A stretch of DNA of 64,000 bases, taken from contig NZ_JBDVDQ010000016.1 of NCBI RefSeq assembly GCF_039941875.1, positions 81,916 through 145,915 on the forward strand, given 5' to 3'. The stretch comes from Nonlabens sp. Its GTDB lineage: Bacteria > Bacteroidota > Bacteroidia > Flavobacteriales > Flavobacteriaceae. Positions 18,807 through 28,526 of this stretch are shown piece after piece. The notes under the pieces are model-generated. The model did not search any database and was not told the DNA's origin. It saw nothing but the letters and a program-made list of their open reading frames with translations. The position numbers and the translations under genes are program-made. How positions within the stretch are numbered: the stretch's first letter is position 1; each line of letters starts with the position of its first letter.

Positions 18807-19573
18807 GATTTAAAAACACCTTTAATTTTCTTCTTCATGCGTTTCTTTCTATGAAAAGCTTCTTGAAACTGCTGTGTATACTTCCACATAGTCTCTATAG
18901 TAGTCTGTGGATCTTGCTTAGAAAGTAAAGCATACTCTTCTCCCATGATTTCGTACATCTCCTTTTTAGGAGATAAACGTTCAAAGTTTTTTAATCTATC
19001 CTCATATGGGATATCGTAAAATTTCATCCTATTTAAATCTACTAAAGAAAACTTATAATCTTCTCCTTCTTTCTTTATCAAGGTATTTCCTGGTGAATGA
19101 TCTAAAAAATAAATACCAGCCTCATGCATGTCGTACATGAATTTTGAAAATTGCTTTAAGATATTTTCTTTATCCTGTAATTGATCATCATTTATGATCT
19201 CGCGATAGGTAAAATCATGATTTGCATAGGCACTTACATAATAACTTTCATGCAGTCCTAGAGCTGTTAATTGTTCTAGAAAAGCAATAGGTGATGGAGT
19301 ACCTATACCGTGTTGCTCTAGATACTGCGCATTATAATAAGATCTCGCTGCCTTAGATTTTCTAAAAAATCGATACGCTATTTTATTAATAAAATTAGGC
19401 GTTCTAAAAGACTTTACTACCAGTTTCTCACCTTGGTACGTGACTACTTTAATCTTATTACGATCATCTCCTAACTGTTGAGTAGATTGATGAAATAGAT
19501 CGAGTATTTCTTGAAACCGCTTTCGCGAAAGCGTGCCACTAACAAATTTTTCTCTACTCATTATAATATCCAT
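18803..19573 (-). CDS. Lipopolysaccharide kinase (Kdo/WaaP/InaA-like)
   Basis: VVKSF, MHEAGIYFLDHSPGN, LVDLNRM kinase motifs; start could be the second Met. Confidence 0.8.
   Translation of the reverse strand: MDIIMSREKFVSGTLSRKRFQEILDLFHQSTQQLGDDRNKIKVVTYQGEKLVVKSFRTPNFINKIAYRFFRKSKAARSYYNAQYLEQHGIGTPSPIAFLEQLTALGLHESYYVSAYANHDFTYREIINDDQLQDKENILKQFSKFMYDMHEAGIYFLDHSPGNTLIKKEGEDYKFSLVDLNRMKFYDIPYEDRLKNFERLSPKKEMYEIMGEEYALLSKQDPQTTIETMWKYTQQFQEAFHRKKRMKKKIKGVFKS
19519..19532. repeat. Iterated palindrome copy 4 (in LPS kinase, LSRKR)
   Basis: CGCTTTCGCGAAAGCG at 19518-19533. Confidence 0.9.
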
Positions 19574-19659
19574 CTATTTACAGACCGCAAAGAAACGGAA
19601 AAAACAATCAAATGAATAGAATTACTTAATATTGCAGTATACCAACTTCATTTATCTCT

Positions 19660-20451
19660 ATGTCTTTAAAATGTTCTCTTGTTACCCCAACGTATAACTG
19701 GCCACAAGCACTAGAATTACTATTATTAAGTGTTAAAAGACAAAGCGTACTACCCAATGAGGTCATCATTGCAGACGATGGCTCTACGGCAGCTACACGC
19801 GAGTTAGTTGAAAAATTTCAAAAAGATTTTCCTGTACCTCTTATCCATGTCTGGCATGAAGATAATGGAAATCAAAAGCCGGCTATCATGAATAAGGCTA
19901 TCGCCAGAGCAAAATATGATTACATTCTAGAAATAGATGGCGATATAGTTTTACATAAAGATTTTGTAAAAGACCATCTTTCTATGGCTGAAGAAGGTGT
20001 TTATCTATTCGGTAGTCGTGTAAATATTCAAGAAAACCATTTAGAAAAATTATTTAAGAACAAACAAATAGATTTTAACTACTTCTCAAAAGGCATTAAA
20101 AAACGCAATAGAACTTTACGTATTCCATTCATCGCAAATAGAGCCAAAACAGAAACTAAAAGATCTGGAAAATTAAGAGGTTGCAACATGTCCTTTTGGC
20201 GCAAAGATTTCATTGCTGTAAATGGTTTTAATGAAGAACTAGTAGGTTGGGGAATCGACGACAGTGAACTTATTCAACGCATGATTAACAACGGTGTTCT
20301 AGGTAAACGTATTAAACATAAAGGTATAGTCTATCACGTATATCACAAAGAGCAAGATAAAAGCCAGGTCCATTTAAATCTAGAAATAGAGAAACAAATG
20401 GAAAGCTCTGGAAATACTTATGCCCAAAAAGGTGTGGATCAATATCTTTAA
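19660..20451 (+). CDS. Glycosyltransferase family 2
   Basis: TPTYN, IADDGS, IDGD, NGFNEELVGWGIDD. Confidence 0.88.
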   Translation: MSLKCSLVTPTYNWPQALELLLLSVKRQSVLPNEVIIADDGSTAATRELVEKFQKDFPVPLIHVWHEDNGNQKPAIMNKAIARAKYDYILEIDGDIVLHKDFVKDHLSMAEEGVYLFGSRVNIQENHLEKLFKNKQIDFNYFSKGIKKRNRTLRIPFIANRAKTETKRSGKLRGCNMSFWRKDFIAVNGFNEELVGWGIDDSELIQRMINNGVLGKRIKHKGIVYHVYHKEQDKSQVHLNLEIEKQMESSGNTYAQKGVDQYL

Positions 20452-20455
20452 ACCT

Positions 20456-21388
20456 TTACCTTTTTTGGATAACTTGTTTACATCGCAAAGATTGATCTAG
20501 AGAACCTCCTTTAAATAATGCGATGAACATTTTTCTTTTTTTAGCACTAAAAATCCCACCTATGAAAAACTTAATAGTGTAAAAATTGAGGAGTAAACAA
20601 TAAGCTAGACGACCGTGGTGTTTTTTAGTCAAATAAAGTAACGACAGTTTTTGCTCTATTTTTATATTGACATTTTTCTCTGTAGACTTGCCCTGATAAT
20701 GGATGTATTGCTGGCTAGGATAATGGTATGTTTTCTCTCCTAGTCTTTTCAATAATCTTGTAGATAAATCGCTTTCTTCATAATAAAGAAACAACGCTGT
20801 ATCAAAACCTCCTACAGCATCAAAAGAACTAGCTTTTACTAACATAAAACTACCTGGCACATAACCACAGGCTACAGGCTCTGTATATATTTTTTTACGT
20901 TTTGGATATTTAGAAACATTTAACCACTCTAAAAAATCCCTTTTTAATAGTTGTCTAGCAGGTGTAGCAAGATGGTCTAATGACGATATCCTATCACCAT
21001 GTTCACTCATCATTTGAGGACCACATATACCAGCATCTGGAGTACTTTCCATAAATACTTTTAAATCATGTAATGTATTCTCTTGAGTAAAGACAGTATC
21101 ATTATTTATGAATGCATAATACTTAGAAGGTGAGGTAAAGTTAACTCCTAACATATTCCCTGCACCAAAACCTGTATTAACCCTACTGCGATATAAGCGT
21201 ATCTTATCAGACTTTAATAAATCTAAAGAGTTTTTAAGCATCTCGTAATCTTCATATCTAGATCCATTATCCACAACCACAATTTCATAAGTAACAGAGT
21301 TAGTCGTTTTTTCCAGCAACGATTTTATGGCACTTGACGTGTATGAAGCACTATTATAGTTTACATAAACACAGCTTATATCTAACAT
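20456..21388 (-). CDS. Glycosyltransferase family 2 (rhamnosyltransferase-like)
   Basis: YVNYN, VVDNGS, NTGFGAGN, INNDT, GGFDTALFLYYEESD. Confidence 0.85.
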   Translation of the reverse strand: MLDISCVYVNYNSASYTSSAIKSLLEKTTNSVTYEIVVVDNGSRYEDYEMLKNSLDLLKSDKIRLYRSRVNTGFGAGNMLGVNFTSPSKYYAFINNDTVFTQENTLHDLKVFMESTPDAGICGPQMMSEHGDRISSLDHLATPARQLLKRDFLEWLNVSKYPKRKKIYTEPVACGYVPGSFMLVKASSFDAVGGFDTALFLYYEESDLSTRLLKRLGEKTYHYPSQQYIHYQGKSTEKNVNIKIEQKLSLLYLTKKHHGRLAYCLLLNFYTIKFFIGGIFSAKKRKMFIALFKGGSLDQSLRCKQVIQKR

Positions 21389-21503
21389 TGATCTTTAAGA
21401 TTTAGCTTTCAAAGTTAACCGATCATAGTTTAACAAGAAACAATAGAATGAAGTTGACATAAAAAAGCTACTAATACAGCTAGAAAACTTAATTTTGCAA
21501 ACC

Positions 21504-22151
21504 ATGGGAAGAAGCGATAGAAGTAGAAATAGAAGAGACCAAGTAAGAGGTCGTAAACCTAGTAAGGATAAGCAAGTAGAGGTAGAATTACCTCGCGAGG
21601 CTATCAACCTAGCTGTAACGGCTCTTAAAAAAGGCCAAACTCTTATTTACCCAACAGACACCATTTATGGTTTAGGCTGCGATGCTAGTAATTACGACGC
21701 AGTAGAAAAAATATTTGAAATTAAAGAACGTGATAAATCTAAATCTTTATTAGTTCTCGTAGATAGTTTTCAAATGTTAGAATCTATCATTGAGGATGTA
21801 CCAGATATGGCTTGGGAAGTTCTTAAGGTGAATAAAAAACCACTTACCATCGTATTCGACAGACCTAAAAATGTGGCAGAAAATGTAATAGCTGCAGATA
21901 ACACACTAGCTGTAAGGGTAACTAACGACCCATTGTGTAGATCTATCATTAAAAAACTGCGCAAACCCATCGTTTCTACTAGTGCAAATTTGAGCGGTGA
22001 ATCTTCTCCTGTTAACTTTGCAGACATACATCCAGATTTAATAGAAAGAGTAGACCATGTAATGGACCTTCCTCTAGTACACAAAAACATTAAACCATCT
22101 TCTATTATGAAGATCTCTAGTAATGGAGTCATTAAAATTATACGCGAGTAA
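21504..22151 (+). CDS. tsaC: L-threonylcarbamoyladenylate synthase (Sua5/TsaC) with basic N-terminal extension
   Basis: YPTDTIYGLGCD, PIVSTSANLSG; start uncertain (21495 TTG or 21504 ATG). Confidence 0.85.
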   Translation: MGRSDRSRNRRDQVRGRKPSKDKQVEVELPREAINLAVTALKKGQTLIYPTDTIYGLGCDASNYDAVEKIFEIKERDKSKSLLVLVDSFQMLESIIEDVPDMAWEVLKVNKKPLTIVFDRPKNVAENVIAADNTLAVRVTNDPLCRSIIKKLRKPIVSTSANLSGESSPVNFADIHPDLIERVDHVMDLPLVHKNIKPSSIMKISSNGVIKIIRE

Positions 22152-22153
22152 GA

Positions 22154-23584
22154 ATGGATCAAAAAACACATTATCCTGAAGCTATTCAAGAAAACGTTTT
22201 TAGAACTTTAAGTCAGGCAGCAGAGGAACTGGAATTACCAGCTTATGTAATAGGCGGTTATGTAAGAGATTTTTTTCTTAAACGTAGTCAGAAAAAAGAC
22301 ATAGATGTAGTAGCCGTAGGTAGTGGTATCACACTAGCTCGCAAAGTAGAAGAACTTTTACCACACAGCACTAAAGTAAGCGTCTTTAAAAACTATGGTA
22401 CAGCCATGGTTAAAACAGACGATCTAGAATTAGAATTTGTAGGTGCAAGAAAAGAAAGTTATGATCGCGGTAGTCGCAATCCTGTGGTAGAAGACGGAAG
22501 TCTAGAAGACGATCAAAACCGTCGTGACTTTACCATTAATGCAATGGCTTTTTCTCTTAATAGAAAAAACTACGGTGCTTTATTAGATCCTTTTAATGGT
22601 ATCAATGACTTAGAGAATAAGATTATACGCACACCATTAGATCCAGATATTACCTACAGTGACGACCCATTAAGAATGCTGCGCGCCATTAGATTTGCAT
22701 CACAATTAGGTTTTAGAATAGAATCTAAATCTTTTGAAAGTATAAAACGCAATGCTCATAGAATTGAGATTATATCAAAAGAACGCATCGTTACAGAAAT
22801 TAATAAAATCATGTTGTGTCAAGAGCCATCATTAGGCTTTTTATTACTTGAAAAGACTGGCTTGCTTAGATTAATAATGCCAGAACTCACTGCCTTAAAA
22901 GGTATTGAAGAAGTAGAAGGACAAAAACATAAAGACAATTTCTACCACACTCTAGAAGTAGTAGATAATATATCACGCAATACAGAAGATCTTTGGTTAC
23001 GCTGGGCAGCATTACTTCATGACATAGGTAAAGCACCTACTAAGAGATTTAGCAAAAAAGTAGGGTGGACATTTCATGGACACGAGTTTAAGGGAGCGAA
23101 AATGGTTTTTCATCTTTTCAAAAGATTAAAAATGCCATTAAACGATAAAATGAAATTTGTGCAGCAAATGGTGCGCATGTCTTCCCGACCTATAGCCGTT
23201 ATTGACGAGAGTGCTACAGACAGTGCTGTGAGAAGACTAGTACACGATGCTGGTGAACATATCGAGGATTTAATGATTCTATGTGAGGCAGACATTACTA
23301 CTAAGAACCCTAGACGTTTTAAACAGTATCACGCAAACTTTCAACAGGTGCGTGATAAAATAGTTGAGGTAGAAGAACGCGATCATGTACGCAATTTTCA
23401 ACCACCAGTTACTGGAGAAGAAATCATGCTAGCCTTTGACTTAAAACCTTGTAAAGAAATTGGAATAATTAAAACCTCTATTAAAGATTCTATACTCGAT
23501 GGTGTCATTCCTAACGAGCACGATGCAGCATATCAATTTATGCTCGAAAAAGGAAAAAGCTTGGGTTTAACACTTAAAAAATAA
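22154..23584 (+). CDS. cca: CCA tRNA nucleotidyltransferase with HD domain
   Basis: GGYVRD, DIDV, RRDFTINAMA, DDPLRMLRA, LLHDIGK. Confidence 0.88.
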   Translation: MDQKTHYPEAIQENVFRTLSQAAEELELPAYVIGGYVRDFFLKRSQKKDIDVVAVGSGITLARKVEELLPHSTKVSVFKNYGTAMVKTDDLELEFVGARKESYDRGSRNPVVEDGSLEDDQNRRDFTINAMAFSLNRKNYGALLDPFNGINDLENKIIRTPLDPDITYSDDPLRMLRAIRFASQLGFRIESKSFESIKRNAHRIEIISKERIVTEINKIMLCQEPSLGFLLLEKTGLLRLIMPELTALKGIEEVEGQKHKDNFYHTLEVVDNISRNTEDLWLRWAALLHDIGKAPTKRFSKKVGWTFHGHEFKGAKMVFHLFKRLKMPLNDKMKFVQQMVRMSSRPIAVIDESATDSAVRRLVHDAGEHIEDLMILCEADITTKNPRRFKQYHANFQQVRDKIVEVEERDHVRNFQPPVTGEEIMLAFDLKPCKEIGIIKTSIKDSILDGVIPNEHDAAYQFMLEKGKSLGLTLKK

Positions 23585-23645
23585 ATTAATTTTAAGATCT
23601 AAAAAATTTAAATCACTATCTTTAAGCGTTTTAAAACTTAAAATC

Positions 23646-24071
23646 ATGAAAGTATCAAAAATAACATCACTTATAATATGTTTATTCATCAGTGCTTTCA
23701 TGTTTGCGCAACACAATTTATTACAGGAAATACCAGTAGAAAAAGATGCGTGTGACGTTAATTTTAAATCAAGTATTACAACTAGCGATCTAGAGTTATT
23801 TGCAAAATGTATTAGCAATAAATCTTCGCTAGAAGTGGTGCAATCTACACTTCTTACAGATCAAATAGATTTTGAAAAACTACCATCTTTATTAGGTAGT
23901 GAAGAGTTTCCTACTATACAAAATATAAATCCAGATGCTTTTATAGAATTAGGAAATTATAACTCTACTTTCATAAACATGAAAACAAATAACCTAGCCT
24001 TTTTTGAAGCTAGTCGTAATTCTATATTAAGCGCAGGTTACACAGATTATACTGGAGTACCTAATTTCTAG
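23646..24071 (+). CDS. Hypothetical secreted protein
   Basis: Sec-type signal (…FMFA-Q); no recognised domain. Confidence 0.65.
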   Translation: MKVSKITSLIICLFISAFMFAQHNLLQEIPVEKDACDVNFKSSITTSDLELFAKCISNKSSLEVVQSTLLTDQIDFEKLPSLLGSEEFPTIQNINPDAFIELGNYNSTFINMKTNNLAFFEASRNSILSAGYTDYTGVPNF

Positions 24072-24167
24072 AATTTAATAAATGTATCGCTATTGTAAAA
24101 GCAGTATTTATATCAATTTACATTGTGTCATTAAATAATATTACAACACTGTGATCTATGTCATTAT

Positions 24168-24204
24168 AAAAATCGAGTTACAGCAATGTAACTCGATTTT
24201 TTTT
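24168..24204 (+). terminator. Intrinsic terminator
   Basis: AAAATCGAGTTAC-AGCAAT-GTAACTCGATTTT plus T-run. Confidence 0.8.
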
Positions 24205-24238
24205 GCTCAATCCTATTTCATTTTCTATCTTTAAAACT

Positions 24239-24682
24239 ATGTATAAATGGCTCTCTTTTATTATTATTTGTTGCACATGCTCCATTAATTATGGACAGGA
24301 ATTAAATAATGATGACCTTCAAGGTTTCAATCTTTTTCTCATGCCAGAGCATCAAATCAATATTACTCTGAGTCTAGATAGCAATAATATAGTTGATCCT
24401 AACACAGGTTTTTCTATAACTCCTGGAGTAAAAACCATCGATATGGTTTCTATTTATAATGAATCACAGTCCTTAGAGTCTAAACCTTATACACCTAATG
24501 CAAACACAGATTTTGGCAGATTAAGATTTAAAAAAGACCGCAAGGCTGTAAATGTGTATTTAGAAAACGATCGATTTGCTAGAAAATTTAAGTCTAGTAA
24601 TCCTGCCTTTTTTGAAGCCAATAGAAACACCGCATTACACCGATCTTATAATCCGCTATCGGTTTATAATAATCGCTGGTAA
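24239..24682 (+). CDS. Hypothetical secreted protein
   Basis: Signal peptide from MYKW (the TTG start at 24203 lies inside the terminator). Confidence 0.6.
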   Translation: MYKWLSFIIICCTCSINYGQELNNDDLQGFNLFLMPEHQINITLSLDSNNIVDPNTGFSITPGVKTIDMVSIYNESQSLESKPYTPNANTDFGRLRFKKDRKAVNVYLENDRFARKFKSSNPAFFEANRNTALHRSYNPLSVYNNRW

Positions 24683-24755
24683 TAAGGCTAGAATTCTATA
24701 ACTTACCACATTCTCTAATCAATAAATAAATATTATTATAAAGGTTTTTTGAAAA

Positions 24756-24779
24756 ATTCCGCTTTCGCGAAAGCGGAAT
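24756..24779. repeat. Iterated palindrome copy 5, extended 24-bp form ATTCCGCTTTCGCGAAAGCGGAAT
   Basis: Perfect 24-bp palindrome 30 nt upstream of pepT. Confidence 0.92.
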
Positions 24780-24809
24780 CAAACTATCTTTACACAATAA
24801 AAAAAAGCC

Positions 24810-26042
24810 ATGAAGAAGCAAGAAATCATAGAACGTTTTATAAGTTACATCACCATCGATACGGAGTCAGACCCTAATAGTGATACGACACCTAGTAGTG
24901 AAAAGCAGTGGGATCTTGCACGCAAATTACATCAAGAGCTTATAGATATGGGAATGAGCGATGTGACTATAGATGAGAATGCTTACATAATGGCTACTCT
25001 ACCTTCTAATGTTGATCATGAAACGCCTACCATAGGTTTTATCTCGCACTTTGATAGCACTCCAGATTTTACTGGTAAGGATGTAAAACCTCAAATTATA
25101 GAAGATTATGATGGAGGAGATATCCCTTTAAAAGGGTCTGATCTTGTTTTATCACCAGAATATTTTGACGATTTAAAACAATACAAAGGGCAAACGATTA
25201 TTACAACAGACGGTACTACCCTACTAGCGGCAGACGATAAAGCTGGAATTACTGAAATAATGACTGCTATGAAGCACATGCTCGATAATCCAGAAATTAA
25301 ACACGGTGCAATTAAAGTAGGTTTTACACCAGATGAAGAAATAGGTCGCGGCGCACATAAATTTGATGTAGAGAAATTTGGTGCAGACTGGGCTTACACA
25401 ATGGATGGTAGTCAGATAGGAGAACTGGAATATGAAAATTTCAATGCTGCTGGTGCGGTAGTAACTTTTTATGGTAAAATAGTTCACCCAGGATATGCCA
25501 AAGGAAAAATGATTAACTCCATGTACGTAGCTCAGGAGTTTATCGATTCTTTGCCTAGAATGGAAACTCCAGAACATACAGAGGAATACCAAGGATTCTT
25601 TCACCTACATAATATGAAAGGAGCTGTAGAAAAATCAGAATTACAGTATATTATTAGAGATCATGATAAAGGACATTTTGAAGCACGTAAAGAGGTAATG
25701 CAAAACCTTGTAAACACTCTTAATGAGCAATATGATCGCGAGGCAGTAAGTATAGAGATTAAGGATCAATACTTCAACATGCGTGAAAAAGTAGAACCAG
25801 TAATGCATATAGTAGACGTTGCAGAGCAGGCAATGAAAGACTTAGGCATTACACCTCTTATTAAACCTATACGAGGTGGTACAGATGGATCTCAATTAAG
25901 TTACATGGGATTACCGTGTCCTAATATATTTGCTGGTGGTCATAATTTTCACGGTCCTTATGAATATGTCCCAGTAGAAAGCATGATAAAAGCTACAGAG
26001 GTAATAGTAAAAATAGCAGAATTAGTTGCTCAAGAAAAGTAA
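24810..26042 (+). CDS. pepT: Peptidase T (tripeptide aminopeptidase)
   Basis: SHFDS, TTLLAADDKAG, FTPDEEIGRG, PIRGGTDG, NFHG. Confidence 0.93.
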   Translation: MKKQEIIERFISYITIDTESDPNSDTTPSSEKQWDLARKLHQELIDMGMSDVTIDENAYIMATLPSNVDHETPTIGFISHFDSTPDFTGKDVKPQIIEDYDGGDIPLKGSDLVLSPEYFDDLKQYKGQTIITTDGTTLLAADDKAGITEIMTAMKHMLDNPEIKHGAIKVGFTPDEEIGRGAHKFDVEKFGADWAYTMDGSQIGELEYENFNAAGAVVTFYGKIVHPGYAKGKMINSMYVAQEFIDSLPRMETPEHTEEYQGFFHLHNMKGAVEKSELQYIIRDHDKGHFEARKEVMQNLVNTLNEQYDREAVSIEIKDQYFNMREKVEPVMHIVDVAEQAMKDLGITPLIKPIRGGTDGSQLSYMGLPCPNIFAGGHNFHGPYEYVPVESMIKATEVIVKIAELVAQEK

Positions 26043-26044
26043 AC

Positions 26045-27016
26045 ATGATCAAATATTCATTGACCATAGTATTAACCATTGGTTTATTCACAGCAGCCAT
26101 TGCTCAAGAAAAGAGCTGGCTAGATAACAATAGAAAAGTGGTAACCGATTCTACAGCAGCAGTCTTTTATCAAATTAAAGAAGCAGATGCATCTATAGGT
26201 TTAATAAAAGAGGAAACTTATTACAAGCAGAATGATCAGTTATTTTCAAAAGGTTATTTGGAAATAAGAACCGATTATAGAACTGGCACCTGGCAATGGT
26301 TTTATAGTAATGGTAATAAGATGAGGCAACATACTTATTCTAGTGATCGAATAGTAGGTTTTCAATCTGTTTATGATTCCACTGGAACCTTGCTAGAAAA
26401 CTATGCCTTAAGTAAATCTAGTGAAGAAGGTGTACCATGTTATTATAAATATAAAAAAGAGCTAGATGGTAGTGTCTATATCAAAGATGGGAATGGAGTT
26501 TTTAATGGTCCATACAAAGGCGACAGTAAGGTAATAGATAGTCTGAGTGGCAATTATAAAAATCAAAAAGCTAGTGGTTTATGGAAAGCGTACAAAAACA
26601 ATATCTTAGTTTATGAAGAAATATACGAAGATGGGGTTCCAAAATCTGGAAAAAGCTATCACAATGGAAAAAGTTACACGTATGATTCCTATTCTCAAAG
26701 TGCTCAACCTTTGATGAATTCTAAAAAATTCATGCGTAAGTTACAGATACACATAAGTCATTATTATGATTTAATAAAACTCAACAATAACGATTACAGC
26801 ACTAATATGAGCATACTTTTTATGATCGATACAGAAGGTAATGTAAGCGATATTAAAATAAAGGATGGAATGGGTAAAGGACCTGATGAAATGGCAATTA
26901 GAGGTCTACTCAGTATGGATGTAAAATGGAAACCAGCTCAAGTAAGAGGCATACCAGTACAATCTTATGTTAGAATACCTTTTTCTATGGAGAGTAGAGA
27001 ATGTGGTGATTGTTAG
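26045..27016 (+). CDS. Secreted MORN-like repeat protein with C-terminal TonB domain
   Basis: Signal peptide; GTWQWFYSNG and GLWKAY repeats; FMIDTEGNVSDIKI...WKPAQVRGIPV TonB_C. Confidence 0.7.
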   Translation: MIKYSLTIVLTIGLFTAAIAQEKSWLDNNRKVVTDSTAAVFYQIKEADASIGLIKEETYYKQNDQLFSKGYLEIRTDYRTGTWQWFYSNGNKMRQHTYSSDRIVGFQSVYDSTGTLLENYALSKSSEEGVPCYYKYKKELDGSVYIKDGNGVFNGPYKGDSKVIDSLSGNYKNQKASGLWKAYKNNILVYEEIYEDGVPKSGKSYHNGKSYTYDSYSQSAQPLMNSKKFMRKLQIHISHYYDLIKLNNNDYSTNMSILFMIDTEGNVSDIKIKDGMGKGPDEMAIRGLLSMDVKWKPAQVRGIPVQSYVRIPFSMESRECGDC

Positions 27017-27085
27017 ACCTATTAACTTTTACTACAACTTTCTTTAGTTCGTGAAAGAAAAAAAAATCATCAATAAACACAAAAA

Positions 27086-27577
27086 ATGCCCAGTTTACAT
27101 CTTTCTACTACTATAAACGCTCCCATAGAATTGGTCTTTGATCTAGCTAGAAGTATAGACTTGCACATGTTATCGCTAGAACACACAAATGAGCGTGCAG
27201 TTGCAGGAAGAATGATTGGGCTAGTAGAAAAAGGAGAAACGGTCACCTGGAGAGCAAAGCACTTAGGTTTTACTCAAGAACTGACTAGTTTAATTACAGA
27301 TGTAGAACCACACAAATATTTTGCAGATCAACTAGTAAAAGGAGCTTTTAAGCATTTTAAACATGAACATTTTTTTGAACAACAAGAAGATGGCTCTACA
27401 CTCATGAAGGATATATTTGATTATACCTCACCTCTAGGTGTATTAGGTAAAATAGTTGATGCTCTATTTCTGAAAAACTATATGATCAGACTGTTAGAAC
27501 AAAGGAACAAAACCTTAAAAGAAGTGGCAGAAAACGGTACATGGAAAGAGTTGCCTGGAATGGAAAAGCACTTATAA
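27086..27577 (+). CDS. SRPBCC (polyketide cyclase-like) family protein
   Basis: APIELVFD, GETVTWRAKHLG, F-x-HEH-x-F. Confidence 0.8.
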   Translation: MPSLHLSTTINAPIELVFDLARSIDLHMLSLEHTNERAVAGRMIGLVEKGETVTWRAKHLGFTQELTSLITDVEPHKYFADQLVKGAFKHFKHEHFFEQQEDGSTLMKDIFDYTSPLGVLGKIVDALFLKNYMIRLLEQRNKTLKEVAENGTWKELPGMEKHL

Positions 27578-27604
27578 CTATTACAGGTATTAAATACAGC
27601 GTAT

Positions 27605-27633
27605 AAAAAAACCCTTGATCTCTCAAGGGTTTT
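27605..27633. terminator. Bidirectional intrinsic terminator
   Basis: AAAAACCCTTGA-TCTC-TCAAGGGTTTT between convergent genes. Confidence 0.75.
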
Positions 27634-27654
27634 ATAAATGAACATAAACTGTTC

Positions 27655-27957
27655 TTAGTTTTCTTTAGTAATCACTGTCTCAGATAATTTCTTTGTCAGC
27701 TCTACAGATATTGCAGATCTTTCAAAAGTAATTTTACCGGCACCTGTTTCAATCAAAACGGTTCCTTTTTCAGGATTAATTTGATTTACTTTACCGTGTA
27801 TACCGCTAGTAGTAATTACTTTGGTACCCACTTTAAGTGATTCTGCAAAAGTTTTTTCTTCTTTACGCTTTTGTGCTTGTGGTCTCATGATCAAAAAATA
27901 GAACACTCCGATGATAAGCAGGTAAGGCGCAAAGTTTATAATGGTATTCATGTCCAT
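27655..27957 (-). CDS. yajC: Preprotein translocase subunit YajC
   Basis: YFLIMRPQ, LKVGTKVITTSGIHG. Confidence 0.92.
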   Translation of the reverse strand: MDMNTIINFAPYLLIIGVFYFLIMRPQAQKRKEEKTFAESLKVGTKVITTSGIHGKVNQINPEKGTVLIETGAGKITFERSAISVELTKKLSETVITKEN

Positions 27958-27969
27958 AATAAAAAATCC

Positions 27970-28446
27970 TTATGCGTTAGGCGTACCAGCCTTAGCCTTA
28001 GGATTTACAAAACCTTTGATACGGATAGACTCAGTACCAGATTCTGTATTTGCCTTAATAGTAACTGTTTTAGTCTGTGCATTAGGTTTACCATTAGTAT
28101 TAAATTTTACTAACATCGTACCTTCAGCACCAGGAGCGATAGGCTCTTTAGACCAAGTAGGAACTGTACAACCACAAGATCCTTTTGCGTTTACAACGAT
28201 TAGTGGAGCACTTCCCGTGTTTGTAAACTTATATTCATGCTCAACTACTGCACCTTCTTCCACAGTACCGAAATCAAATTCAGTTTCAGCAAAAGTCATT
28301 TCTGGATAGTCACCAGCAACTTCTTTGCTTGCAGCTGCAGCAGTAAGGTTTGCTTCATCGATTGTTGCAGATTGTGCTTTTTCGTTACAGCTAGTTAAAG
28401 CCATTGTAGCTACAGCAGCTACCATCAAAACTAATTTTTTCATCAT
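27970..28446 (-). CDS. DUF1573-family lipoprotein
   Basis: Lipobox LTS-C; FDFGTV, FTNTGSAPL, SCGCTVP, IAPG. Confidence 0.85.
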   Translation of the reverse strand: MMKKLVLMVAAVATMALTSCNEKAQSATIDEANLTAAAASKEVAGDYPEMTFAETEFDFGTVEEGAVVEHEYKFTNTGSAPLIVVNAKGSCGCTVPTWSKEPIAPGAEGTMLVKFNTNGKPNAQTKTVTIKANTESGTESIRIKGFVNPKAKAGTPNA

Positions 28447-28479
28447 GTTTTATTTTAATAATTTCTAAAAAATGTAAAG

Positions 28480-28487
28480 CAAATGTA
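28480..28487 (-). promoter_or_regulatory. -7 box TACATTTG
   Basis: TAnnTTTG match upstream of 28446. Confidence 0.45.
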
Positions 28488-28526
28488 ATTAAAAACATGT
28501 TTTAATCCAACGCTATTAACTTAACC

